IMG/VR virus record: IMGVR_UViG_3300027121_000002
Coordinates: 2,120 to 66,119 of that record
Source of the DNA: a virus
Taxonomy: Duplodnaviria > Caudoviricetes
DNA: 64,000 nucleotides
Direction: 5' to 3' (one strand)
Under the pieces are notes generated by a model. That model made no database searches. It was not told the DNA's origin and saw only the letters and a program-made list of their open reading frames with translations. Positions within the stretch are counted from its first letter, which is position 1, and each line of letters starts with the position of its first letter. Both the position numbers and the translations under genes were made by a program. This document shows positions 1 through 8,017 of this stretch, one piece after another.

Positions 1-123
1 GCAGTGAAGAATGGAATTTCATTTCATCCAGATAGTCCTTATGCAAAAATATGTGCTGATATAGTAGTGAAGTATCCAAGAATACAGGATGTGGCAAATG
101 GAAATAAAACCAATAAAAATTAA
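1..123 (+). CDS. 3' end of hypothetical protein (partial)
   Basis: Open frame 1 reads AVKNGISFHPDSPYAKICADIVVK...KN*; same strand as the next ORF. Confidence 0.55.
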   Translation, partial: AVKNGISFHPDSPYAKICADIVVKYPRIQDVANGNKTNKN

Positions 124-919
124 TTCTTCTAGGATTGATGCTCCATCAATTATTCCAACAATAGAACCTCCCGTAATTAGGAAAGCAGAACGATCTGTGA
201 TACCAAGTGTTGATATGCCAATTATTAATATGCCAGATACGACTATCAATTATCCAGTAATTGATGTCCCAACACAAGAAGAGTTTGATTATGCAGTGAG
301 AGCAGAACAAAAGAAACAAGAAGATCTAAAGGAAGAAAAACCAAGAGGTCTTCCAGATACTACCCCACCTCTTCAACTGAATCAGATTACTCAAACTCCT
401 CCTTCCCAAGTGCCGATTGCTGAAATACCAGCAGATACTAAACCTCAACCCACTTTTAGTGTTTATGGAGTCGATATTAATTTACCTGACCCTTCTCTTG
501 TTGCTACGGCTGGTGCTGTCGCAGTAGTAACCACTGCCGCCACAATAGCATCTACAACAGTTCTCAATGCTCTCAAAAATGCAGCAGAACCACTCATCAA
601 AGAAGCAACAAAAAATAAATTTAAAATCAAAATCAAACAAGTTAAACCTGTTCTACATTATGTACTAGCAGAAGAAGGTCATATTGATATCTTTGAATAT
701 TCTGCAGAAGGAACTCGTCTAGTAGAACAAGTAACTAATATAGAACAATATATTCGTGACCAAGTTGAAATCAATGCTCTCTATGAGATTGATAATAAAA
801 TTATTATTGACGATGTAATAAAAGATAAATTTACAAAAGAGGGCAAAGAAAGATTCAAACCTCTCTTTGCCCCTGCTAAAAAAATTGCTAAAAAATTAGC
901 AGCTCGACTTTCTTTTTGA
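89..919 (+). CDS. Hypothetical protein, Pro-rich N-terminal half plus one hydrophobic segment
   Basis: 276-aa ORF; LVATAGAVAVVTTAATIASTTVL hydrophobic stretch. Confidence 0.75.
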   Translation: MWQMEIKPIKINSSRIDAPSIIPTIEPPVIRKAERSVIPSVDMPIINMPDTTINYPVIDVPTQEEFDYAVRAEQKKQEDLKEEKPRGLPDTTPPLQLNQITQTPPSQVPIAEIPADTKPQPTFSVYGVDINLPDPSLVATAGAVAVVTTAATIASTTVLNALKNAAEPLIKEATKNKFKIKIKQVKPVLHYVLAEEGHIDIFEYSAEGTRLVEQVTNIEQYIRDQVEINALYEIDNKIIIDDVIKDKFTKEGKERFKPLFAPAKKIAKKLAARLSF

Positions 920-1306
920 TTCTAATAAAGCAAAATCTTTTTGCTTTGTACCACCATCATAAGTCCAAGCATATCCTTCATCAATCATACGATCATTAAG
1001 ACATACATCATCAACATATAACCTTCCAAGAATTCTCCCATACTTTTCAGTTGAGTCAGGAAGTTCTGTTTTAATAAGAATATTTTTTTTACCATCTAGT
1101 TTTTTCTTTAACCATTCCTTAACTTCTAATCCAAGTGTTTTTTCTTTGAGATCGGTTGTACGACTTTCTGGAGTATCAACACCACTAAGGCGTACTCGCT
1201 TAGTAAGAGAAATATCGAACCCAAGATCAATGTCCGCATCGATTGTGTCACCATCTACTACTCTCAATACTTGTTTTACTCTGTAGATATATGGGTCTTT
1301 ATCCAT
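896..1306 (-). CDS. Thermonuclease (SNase-like)
   Basis: Motifs RVVDGDTID, RVRLSGVDTPE, KYGRILG. Confidence 0.9.
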   Translation of the reverse strand: MDKDPYIYRVKQVLRVVDGDTIDADIDLGFDISLTKRVRLSGVDTPESRTTDLKEKTLGLEVKEWLKKKLDGKKNILIKTELPDSTEKYGRILGRLYVDDVCLNDRMIDEGYAWTYDGGTKQKDFALLESKRKSSC

Positions 1307-1518
1307 TAGAATGGTAATTTAAACTTCTCAGTATTTATCTTGGGAATAGGAAGTTTCTCAAATGCCTTAGTGATTTGCTTCTCCACAACAGCACCAACAA
1401 ATTCTTCTGGATTATTCAGAATTTTCTGTGCTTTTTGATAAGTAAGATATGCTCCCACACAAAGAGCACCACTAATGGTGAGACTTGTGATTGATAGGAT
1501 CAGACTCAGATGTTTCAT
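1306..1518 (-). CDS. Small membrane-anchored protein
   Basis: N-terminal TM helix; stop overlaps next start (TAATG). Confidence 0.7.
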   Translation of the reverse strand: MKHLSLILSITSLTISGALCVGAYLTYQKAQKILNNPEEFVGAVVEKQITKAFEKLPIPKINTEKFKLPF

Positions 1519-1624
1519 CTTTCATCTCCAAATATGCTAACTTTAATATGTAGTAAATGACATATGCGGTAAATATCAAACCTGTTCCAAGAATTATAAT
1601 AACTCCCCAAGGCAAATTACTCAT
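1472..1624 (-). CDS. Small single-TM protein, 50 aa (not in ORF track)
   Basis: MSNLPWGVIIILGTGLIFTAYVIYYILKLAYLEMK..., translated by hand. Confidence 0.55.
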   Translation of the reverse strand: MSNLPWGVIIILGTGLIFTAYVIYYILKLAYLEMKDETSESDPINHKSHH

Positions 1625-1817
1625 TCCATCCCCCCTCTTGTTTGTGTATCCATACTTTTAAATCTTTAACGTACTTTCTGAGTATTTGTGCTTGTTCTTC
1701 GTGCCAAAAATCACCCGTTTCCAAATGAAGACGGGTGTGATTATCTATTGCTTTCAATATGTTGTGGATGGGGGAATTCCACGATTCTCTCTTAGGAGTG
1801 TTCCATTCTCTTGGCAT
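1617..1817 (-). CDS. Hypothetical protein
   Basis: 66-aa ORF in a tightly packed operon. Confidence 0.7.
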   Translation of the reverse strand: MPREWNTPKRESWNSPIHNILKAIDNHTRLHLETGDFWHEEQAQILRKYVKDLKVWIHKQEGGWNE

Positions 1818-1917
1818 TTGTATTCAACCGTATATAAATGTCCATTGTGTATAAAATCAACTTTACATAAATTGGGTCCAATTATAATATTACCAGCAAT
1901 TAAAATTTCTAGTAACA

Positions 1918-2031
1918 TTATTTTTTCTTACCACCGTTTTTTGCTTTCTTTGATGTAGCATTGCCCTGGTTCTGCTTGGATTGTTTTCCTCCAGCAGAAC
2001 CCTTCTTACCTTTGTTTGCTGATTTTGCCAT
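1918..2031 (-). CDS. Very basic 37-aa peptide (not in ORF track)
   Basis: MAKSANKGKKGSAGGKQSKQNQGNATSKKAKNGGKKK; TAATG coupling at both ends; GGAG RBS. Confidence 0.6.
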   Translation of the reverse strand: MAKSANKGKKGSAGGKQSKQNQGNATSKKAKNGGKKK

Positions 2032-2387
2032 TATGCTCCTGTGCGTGGTTGAACGAATCCTTCACCATCTTCTACTTTAGTTTCCAGTGCTTCAACTCTT
2101 GCTTCAAGAGTTTCTGGTGGTGCTTCAGGGGCAGGTGGTTCTGGTGGAGTTTCTACAAACTCCTCTCTTTTAGGTTCTTGCTTTTTTTCATCTTCATCAT
2201 CTCCACCTTTCTTCATTGTATTAATACCAAAAGTAGCAGCAGATGCAGTGAAGACTGTAGCAATAAAAGTTGGGTCCATCTTAGATAGAGTACCCGCATA
2301 ACTTGCAGTGAGAAGAGCAGCAGACCAACCCAAGATACATATACGAATTAGTTGTCCCATAGCATTTTCGTTTTTCTTAGTAGTCAT
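2031..2387 (-). CDS. Two-TM membrane protein downstream of endolysin (holin candidate)
   Basis: Two hydrophobic helices then a charged tail; position after the lysozyme. Confidence 0.55.
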   Translation of the reverse strand: MTTKKNENAMGQLIRICILGWSAALLTASYAGTLSKMDPTFIATVFTASAATFGINTMKKGGDDEDEKKQEPKREEFVETPPEPPAPEAPPETLEARVEALETKVEDGEGFVQPRTGA

Positions 2388-2405
2388 TTTCCTTTGTGAA
2401 TAGGG

Positions 2406-3080
2406 TTAACCTTTTTTCCAAGATTCACCTTCTGCTTTTCTTCTACGAGCAAGACCTGCTTCTACATTTGAACCAGGATTTCTGTAGAGGTATAAAGCAT
2501 CGGGAACTAAGTCCCATTCTTTATTCTTCAGTCTCTTAGTGATAGTATTAAAATCACCAGAACCATAAAAACCAGCACCGAGATTATAAGCAAAAGAAAG
2601 TAGGGCACCTCTTTTACCATCAGACATTTCATTCCAGTGTGGAATTTTGCGAAGTGCAGGAAGAAACTCTCTCTTGCATTGTTCAATCAAAAGTTCATCT
2701 GCTTCTGTTTGTGTGAGAGTATCACCCATATGGAATGCAGATCCATCCTTCTTGCGGGTTGAACCCCAACCAATTGTAATTGGAAGTCCACCAGTGAGAG
2801 GATCTGGATATGCCTTCAGATGGCATCCCTCGAACTCTTTGATTAATTTAAGACCCATCATAGGCATATCATCACCGCCAACTACAGGAGCGGCAGCAGA
2901 TGGTGCTGATGATGCTGGTGCCGCATTACCCTTTTTTCCTCTGTAGATCTCCGCCCAATCTACATTATCTTCTAGATACTTAACTGGTAGGTTATCTTCC
3001 AACCATTGAACTGCTTTCACATGATTAGGGTTCTTCTCGTCATAGAACTTGAAGAAGTTATGTAAATCGATTCTTGCCAT
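2406..3080 (-). CDS. Endolysin, GH24 lysozyme with extra N-terminal domain
   Basis: LIKEFEGC..AYPDP...TIGWG, ALLSFAYNLG, GLARRRKAE; ATG at 3080. Confidence 0.9.
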   Translation of the reverse strand: MARIDLHNFFKFYDEKNPNHVKAVQWLEDNLPVKYLEDNVDWAEIYRGKKGNAAPASSAPSAAAPVVGGDDMPMMGLKLIKEFEGCHLKAYPDPLTGGLPITIGWGSTRKKDGSAFHMGDTLTQTEADELLIEQCKREFLPALRKIPHWNEMSDGKRGALLSFAYNLGAGFYGSGDFNTITKRLKNKEWDLVPDALYLYRNPGSNVEAGLARRRKAEGESWKKG

Positions 3081-3204
3081 TGTCGTCTCCAAAGTATTTG
3101 TTGAAAAGTTTGGAAGCTTCTAAGTGCTTTCCGTGATTTGTAAGATCTTTAATTCTTTGTAAGATCTTTCTCTTGAAATTAATCGAGGAGTTTTCATTCT
3201 CCAT
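3058..3204 (-). CDS. Small hypothetical protein, 48 aa (not in ORF track)
   Basis: MENENSSINFKRKILQRIKDLTNHGKHLEASKLF...; TAAATA late promoter just upstream. Confidence 0.5.
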   Translation of the reverse strand: MENENSSINFKRKILQRIKDLTNHGKHLEASKLFNKYFGDDNGKNRFT

Positions 3205-3210
3205 AAGTAT

Positions 3211-3549
3211 TTAACCAATAATACTCTCTCTCCAATCTTCACTCATATTCACCATAATTGCTTCTGCTGCTTCTGGGGTTTCGGCATATCCTTCATCAAG
3301 AAGGTGTGAGAGGATGATGTCGTAGAGGTCTACTTGTTCTTTTTGTTCTTTTTGTTCTTTTTTTTGTTTTACACCTCTTCTAGCATCGTGTGCGGCAACT
3401 CGTCTTTTATCTACATACCTATCACCAACCCATGGTGAATTTTCAACATACTTTTTATTTCTTAAATCTTTCTTTTCAAATCTATTCAGTTCTTCCATAA
3501 CAACTTCCAAATATGCTTCTTGAAGACTACGAAGTTCTTGTGAGTTCAT
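3211..3549 (-). CDS. Modular late protein (MNSQELxxLQEAY tag plus YDIILSHLLDEGYA module); putative internal virion protein
   Basis: TATAAATA upstream; modules near-identical to 46755..47528. Confidence 0.75.
   Translation of the reverse strand: MNSQELRSLQEAYLEVVMEELNRFEKKDLRNKKYVENSPWVGDRYVDKRRVAAHDARRGVKQKKEQKEQKEQVDLYDIILSHLLDEGYAETPEAAEAIMVNMSEDWRESIIG
3227..3324. repeat. 98-bp dispersed direct repeat, copy 1 (copy 2 at 47137..47234)
   Basis: 2 mismatches in 98 bp, first 74 bp exact; encodes YDIILSHLLDEGYAETPEAAEAIMVNMSEDWR. Confidence 0.95.
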
Positions 3550-3571
3550 TTTACAAATACTTTTTAGTTAT

Positions 3572-4207
3572 TTATATTTTAAAAGCAGTCCAACCTTTCT
3601 CTTGTTTCCTTTTACCAGAAACCACATCATAAAGATGTTTTAAATTATTTTGTCTTTGGAATTCTTTTAAATTATTGGTATTATATTTAACCCCATCTGG
3701 TGATATTATGACATAAGTATTTTTACAGACAGATTGAGTTCTTTTATCTACCAACTCTTTTGATAATTTTCTTCCTTTTAGAGTATTACTTATTTTTCTT
3801 TTTGTTTCCTCACTTTTTGGGGAATATATCCTACTCAAAGAACTTTGTCTTATTTTTTCTATTGCTTCTGGTGTGTGTTTCCACCCACTACATTTCTCTT
3901 TAAGAATTACTCTGGTGGAATCTTTGACTACTCTACCAGAAGCACCTTCACCACCAAAAGTTTTATTCAAAAGAATTCCACCATCAATCTTTCTGCCGAA
4001 CACACTTATCATATAAGTTTCGTGTTTAAATGCTTCCTCTTCTATAAGATTTTGTTTGAGAAAGATTATTCTATTTTTATCTTTTGGAACAGGACAAGGT
4101 TTTCCACTACCTTCAAATAATCTATATCTTACTCCCTTACCTATGTAATAAGGAGTTCTATCCTCACGTAAATAGGCATAGGTATAAAACCTGTTAGGAT
4201 TTACCAT
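3572..4207 (-). CDS. Free-standing homing endonuclease (GIY-YIG-like, NUMOD3 repeats)
   Basis: FYTYAYLREDRTPYYIGKG; LLNKTFGGEG; HTPEAIEKI and KSEETKRKIS repeats. Confidence 0.85.
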   Translation of the reverse strand: MVNPNRFYTYAYLREDRTPYYIGKGVRYRLFEGSGKPCPVPKDKNRIIFLKQNLIEEEAFKHETYMISVFGRKIDGGILLNKTFGGEGASGRVVKDSTRVILKEKCSGWKHTPEAIEKIRQSSLSRIYSPKSEETKRKISNTLKGRKLSKELVDKRTQSVCKNTYVIISPDGVKYNTNNLKEFQRQNNLKHLYDVVSGKRKQEKGWTAFKI

Positions 4208-4218
4208 TTCTACTCTTA

Positions 4219-4296
4219 AATTGGTTCGCAATAGTATTTATACAAGAAAAGGAGCATTTCTGCTCCCCCCCTCTACCTTAAAGATGCGAACCAATT
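4219..4296 (-). promoter_or_regulatory. Inverted repeat enclosing T4-type late promoter, upstream of HEG
   Basis: AATTGGTTCGCA (4219-4230) / TGCGAACCAATT (4285-4296); TATAAATA at 4235-4242 on minus strand; inner GGAGCA/TGCTCC hairpin. Confidence 0.75.
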
Positions 4297-4312
4297 AAGG
4301 CATTATTATTTA

Positions 4313-4984
4313 TCAATCAAAGATACGACCCCATCCGTCCCCTCCGGTAGGTGCCCAACGGTGCTTAAGAACTGCTTTAGTATAAATGGTTTTCTTACCA
4401 TTCGTTACGGGACCAGTATAATTGTCATTGAGAGAACCATAAGGATCATTAATATAATATCCCTTACCATCTGGAGTCTTACCAATGACCACGCACATGT
4501 GCCCACCAGTAGGAGAAGTTAGAGAACCACGGTGGAGAATACCAATAACAACAGGTTTTCCTCTATCAAGACTCTTATCAATATCAACAAAACTTAAATT
4601 ATAACTAAAGTGCGATTTAATACCATAACCTTGGAGAACTTTAGTCTGCACTGCATGGTCTGTAGTATCGCCAATCGCAAATACCTTTTTAACGTACTCA
4701 TCATCACCTTTAATGCTTCCTGGTTTAAGGAAAGCAAGACACATTGCACACGATGAAGAGTTGCAAGTTCTTTGTGCATCTCTATAGTTGTCTACTTGGT
4801 TAAAGTATGGAACATCAAGAACTGCTGGAGTTGGTGGTTTTGTTCTAAAAATTCCAATCCATTCAGATTCTGAGTCATCCATAAATTGAGCAGGAAGGTT
4901 ATCCTCTAACCATTGAACTGCAGATACATGATTGTCATTAGTGTCATCATAATATTTAAAAAAGTTATGAAGATCTAAAGTCAT
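4313..4984 (-). CDS. C39-like cysteine peptidase with N-terminal domain shared with the endolysin
   Basis: LDVPYFNQ, RTCNSSSCAM, GGHMCVVIG, YYINDPYG. Confidence 0.85.
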   Translation of the reverse strand: MTLDLHNFFKYYDDTNDNHVSAVQWLEDNLPAQFMDDSESEWIGIFRTKPPTPAVLDVPYFNQVDNYRDAQRTCNSSSCAMCLAFLKPGSIKGDDEYVKKVFAIGDTTDHAVQTKVLQGYGIKSHFSYNLSFVDIDKSLDRGKPVVIGILHRGSLTSPTGGHMCVVIGKTPDGKGYYINDPYGSLNDNYTGPVTNGKKTIYTKAVLKHRWAPTGGDGWGRIFD

Positions 4985-5013
4985 TTTTACCTGAAACTCG
5001 CCTAAAGTATTTA

Positions 5014-5202
5014 TTAATATCGATATTCGTCAATCTTATCTAAAACTTTATTAAGATATTGATTTGCTAACCATTTTGGATCATATCCAGATTTATTCAT
5101 CCATTCTTTATTCAAATCTACTTTTAATTTAAGGACTTCGCATTTTATGACATCCTTCGTCAGTTGTCCTTTTGACATAACATATAAAAAAACTCTGCTC
5201 AT
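5014..5202 (-). CDS. Hypothetical protein
   Basis: Short ORF, true start possibly MSKGQLTK; late promoter upstream. Confidence 0.6.
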   Translation of the reverse strand: MSRVFLYVMSKGQLTKDVIKCEVLKLKVDLNKEWMNKSGYDPKWLANQYLNKVLDKIDEYRY

Positions 5203-5218
5203 TATTTAGAGCAGAGTT
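5185..5218 (-). terminator. Intrinsic terminator after peroxiredoxin, with TAAATA in its loop
   Basis: AACTCTGCTC-TAAATAAT-GAGCAGAGTT followed by T-run on minus strand. Confidence 0.75.
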
Positions 5219-5238
5219 TCAGATTGTATTTTATTGTA

Positions 5239-5766
5239 TCAGACTGGTGTGGTTTCCCTCACAGTTGTCTTCACATATTCATAAACCACTTCTGGAGTAG
5301 TCGCTTCGTAAGGGTCGGTGTCTGCGTTGTCCCGTTGCCCCACTTCAACGAATAGTTTTTCGATGATTCCATTATCCACGACCATAGCATAACGCCAAGA
5401 GCGATCTCCGAAACCAAGGTTAGACTTATTGACAAGCATTCCCATAGAACGTGTGAAGTAAGCATTGCCGTCTGGAATGAGTTTGACTTTCTCAATGTTC
5501 TGGTCTTGTGCCCAGGCATTCATCACAAACCCATCATTAACAGAGATGCAGTAAATATCGTCGATGCCGAGACCCAGAAAGTCGTCATATTTCTCTTCGA
5601 ATCCAGGTAACTGATAGGCACTGCAAGTAGGAGTGAAAGCACCAGGCAGACTAAAAATGACCACACGTTTTCCATCGAAAAGATCTGCAGATGTTTTATT
5701 TACAAACTCACCAGACTCACGAAATACGAATTCTACTTGAGGAACTTGATATTGTTCTTTACGCAT
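5239..5766 (-). CDS. Peroxiredoxin (Prx5/type II)
   Basis: FSLPGAFTPTCS, ISVNDGFVMNAW, RSWRYAMVV; GGAGG RBS before ATG 5766. Confidence 0.92.
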   Translation of the reverse strand: MRKEQYQVPQVEFVFRESGEFVNKTSADLFDGKRVVIFSLPGAFTPTCSAYQLPGFEEKYDDFLGLGIDDIYCISVNDGFVMNAWAQDQNIEKVKLIPDGNAYFTRSMGMLVNKSNLGFGDRSWRYAMVVDNGIIEKLFVEVGQRDNADTDPYEATTPEVVYEYVKTTVRETTPV

Positions 5767-5777
5767 AGTAACCTCCA

Positions 5778-5897
5778 TCAAAATACACCTGGAATTACTT
5801 GCCCAGTAACAAGATAAGAACCGACAGCAGCAACGAATCCAATCATTGCAAACCAACCATTAATACGTTCCGCTTTTTCAGTAAAAAGATTTTTCAT
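5778..5897 (-). CDS. hli: High-light-inducible protein (not in ORF track)
   Basis: MKNLFTEKAERINGWFAMIGFVAAVGSYLVTGQVIPGVF: AExxNGxxAMIG and TGQxIPGxF motifs. Confidence 0.9.
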   Translation of the reverse strand: MKNLFTEKAERINGWFAMIGFVAAVGSYLVTGQVIPGVF

Positions 5898-6058
5898 TTT
5901 GTTTCTCCTCTTTTAGATGTGTTTTGAATAACAATAAATTTGTCTTTCTTTAGGGTGCCTGCGATACAAACTTTAAGTTCATCATCATCAGACCAGGCAC
6001 CTTCTTCTACAAGTTGTTGAAGGGCAAGACTAAGTTGCCCAAGCATTCCAGCACTCAT
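5894..6058 (-). CDS. Hypothetical protein, 54 aa (not in ORF track)
   Basis: MSAGMLGQLSLALQQLVEEGAW...; start/stop overlaps with both neighbours. Confidence 0.6.
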   Translation of the reverse strand: MSAGMLGQLSLALQQLVEEGAWSDDDELKVCIAGTLKKDKFIVIQNTSKRGETK

Positions 6059-6144
6059 CAGTAAGTTTCTGCGACTTTCTCTACAGCATAACCCAAAAGT
6101 ACGAAAAAGGCAACTGCAGTGAGCGTGAAGATTACTTCAGTCAT
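6058..6144 (-). CDS. 28-aa single-TM peptide (not in ORF track)
   Basis: MTEVIFTLTAVAFFVLLGYAVEKVAETY; TGATG coupling at both ends. Confidence 0.55.
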   Translation of the reverse strand: MTEVIFTLTAVAFFVLLGYAVEKVAETY

Positions 6145-6353
6145 CAGAAGACTCCGAAGAAGAAGTTGCCAGTGCTAGCATAAGAAATGATACCAGCAAC
6201 AAAACCGACCATTGCCCAACGCCCATTCATTTTCTCCGATTTCTCAGCATAAGGTTCGATGCCATAACGATCAAGATCCTCTTTTGTCATATACATTGAA
6301 GGTTCTTTAGCAAACATATTCATTTGCCCGAACTCATTTTTGGTTACAGTCAT
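6144..6353 (-). CDS. hli: High-light-inducible protein
   Basis: EKMNGRWAMVGFVAGIISYASTGNFFFGVF; start MTVTKNE at 6353. Confidence 0.88.
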   Translation of the reverse strand: MTVTKNEFGQMNMFAKEPSMYMTKEDLDRYGIEPYAEKSEKMNGRWAMVGFVAGIISYASTGNFFFGVF

Positions 6354-6362
6354 TTTCGTTTT

Positions 6363-6409
6363 ATTACGAATTGTTACAAAATTATATAGGAAAAAGAATG
6401 GGGTGTCAA
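6363..6409 (-). promoter_or_regulatory. Consensus sigma70 promoter with HLR1-like (RpaB) direct repeat over the start site
   Basis: TTGACA-N17-TATAAT (6409..6381); ATTACGAA-TT-GTTACAAA at 6363..6380. Confidence 0.7.
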
Positions 6410-6414
6410 GCACA

Positions 6415-7116
6415 TCATTCTTTTTTTTCAATCCTATAAGCCCTTCCGTGTTCGTCAAATCCATCAATCTCAATATATTCTGTATCTTTGTTGATATCAT
6501 CATTTGGAACTAAACAAAGATAAGGACCATGAATTCTATCATTATTACTATAATTTCTAAACCCAGAAAGATGATAGTGTGCAGAAACAATTTGCTTACC
6601 TGGATTTTTTAATTTATATCCTTGTTCTGCCATTAATTTAGCAATCTTATTATCACATCCTGGTATTCCTAAAGTGAATTCAAATTCTTTGGATGTTACA
6701 ATTGGAGATTTGAAAACCCAAACATCTTGAGATGATGCATTATCAAATGGTGCAATACACCATTCACCATTTTCACAAAATACTTCCCATCTAGTTAAGG
6801 CAAGAAAAACTTTATCTAAATCAGTATCCTTTACAACTGAAATAGTATCATCCAAGATAATATCTGCATTTGCAATTATACAAATTTCATCTTTTAAATT
6901 CTGGTTACAAAATTCAAAAAGATCATTGTATGTTGGTCTTTTTTCCCTTTGAATTACTTCTATTTTATCCGACTTAAAGTTCAATTTAGAATCATCAGAA
7001 ATAAAAACATATATCTTTTTAATATTTTCATTTTCTAAATTTTCATGAATACAAGTAAGATATTCACTATGTCTCTGATAATCAGGAGATCTAAAATATT
7101 CTATCAATAAATTCAT
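6415..7116 (-). CDS. Glycosyltransferase-like protein
   Basis: IIANADI (DxD-like), SQDVW, GCDN motifs; located in glycan island. Confidence 0.6.
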   Translation of the reverse strand: MNLLIEYFRSPDYQRHSEYLTCIHENLENENIKKIYVFISDDSKLNFKSDKIEVIQREKRPTYNDLFEFCNQNLKDEICIIANADIILDDTISVVKDTDLDKVFLALTRWEVFCENGEWCIAPFDNASSQDVWVFKSPIVTSKEFEFTLGIPGCDNKIAKLMAEQGYKLKNPGKQIVSAHYHLSGFRNYSNNDRIHGPYLCLVPNDDINKDTEYIEIDGFDEHGRAYRIEKKE

Positions 7117-8006
7117 TGAGTTTTAATCCAATCCATTAAATTAACTTGAGGTCTCCATCCAAAAATGGTTCTCAATTTTCCATTATTCGCAAGAGTAGTT
7201 CGTGACTCACCAATTCTTGCTGGAATATTTATTTGATTTTCTGAAATAGCATCCGCAATTTCATTGATCGAATAATTAACTCCATTACCTACATTGTAAA
7301 GTTCTCCATAAAAATCATCATCAATATCTTTTGTTGCTGCAAGAATATTTGCTTGAACTACATCAGATACGTGTGTGAAGTCTCTACGTTGTTCACCATC
7401 ACCAACAATTGTAAGTGACTCTCCTTTTTTCTTCTGCTCCAAGAATAACCCAATTACTGGGGCATATTGTCCTTTTAAAGGTTGCCGTTCACCATAAACA
7501 TTAAAATACCTAAAGGAAATTGTCTTAAGATCAAATAAGTCATTGTACATTTTGCAGAGTTTTTCTCCAGCAACTTTAGATACCGAATATGGATTTAAAC
7601 AATTATCTTTTTGATTTTCGTGATTTGGAGGTTCATTAAATCCATAACCAGAAGATGTAGAAGAATAAATTACTTTCTTAACTCCTGCTTCTCTGGCACA
7701 TTGAAGAACCGTAACAGTACCCATGCAATTGGTATTAACTGCTTTAATTGGATTCAAAATTGCTAGTTGAATCCTAGCATCAGCAGCAAGATGAAAGACA
7801 TAATCAACTCCCTCATAAAGAGGTCTAGTTTTTTCATAATCACAAATATCATACTTATAATTTTGAGATTTGTCATTCCAATAAAATTCTTCATTGGATT
7901 CTGCACTTTCATTATCAATCACAACTACCTCATGACCTAACTCAATAAGTGCATCAACAAGATTTGAACCAATAAATCCTGCTCCACCAGTGACTAAACT
8001 TTTCAT
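7113..8006 (-). CDS. NAD-dependent epimerase/dehydratase
   Basis: TGGAGFIG, YSVSK, RYFNVYG. Confidence 0.92.
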   Translation of the reverse strand: MKSLVTGGAGFIGSNLVDALIELGHEVVVIDNESAESNEEFYWNDKSQNYKYDICDYEKTRPLYEGVDYVFHLAADARIQLAILNPIKAVNTNCMGTVTVLQCAREAGVKKVIYSSTSSGYGFNEPPNHENQKDNCLNPYSVSKVAGEKLCKMYNDLFDLKTISFRYFNVYGERQPLKGQYAPVIGLFLEQKKKGESLTIVGDGEQRRDFTHVSDVVQANILAATKDIDDDFYGELYNVGNGVNYSINEIADAISENQINIPARIGESRTTLANNGKLRTIFGWRPQVNLMDWIKTQ

Positions 8007-8017
8007 ATCAATTCACC

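Noticed and set aside
3227-3324. 98-bp repeat pair as a DGR template/variable repeat
   Set aside because: Only two differences, both synonymous within one Leu codon; both copies are coding; no reverse transcriptase in the window
3334-3370. TTTTTGTTC tandem repeat
   Set aside because: Short in-frame slippage repeat (KEQ)x3; no further structure
5767-5856. Cys-rich N-terminal extension of peroxiredoxin in the ORF track
   Set aside because: Out-of-frame reading of the overlapping hli gene; RBS supports start at 5766
6354-6503. N-terminal extension of hli in the ORF track
   Set aside because: Spans the promoter and the upstream gene end; real start at 6353
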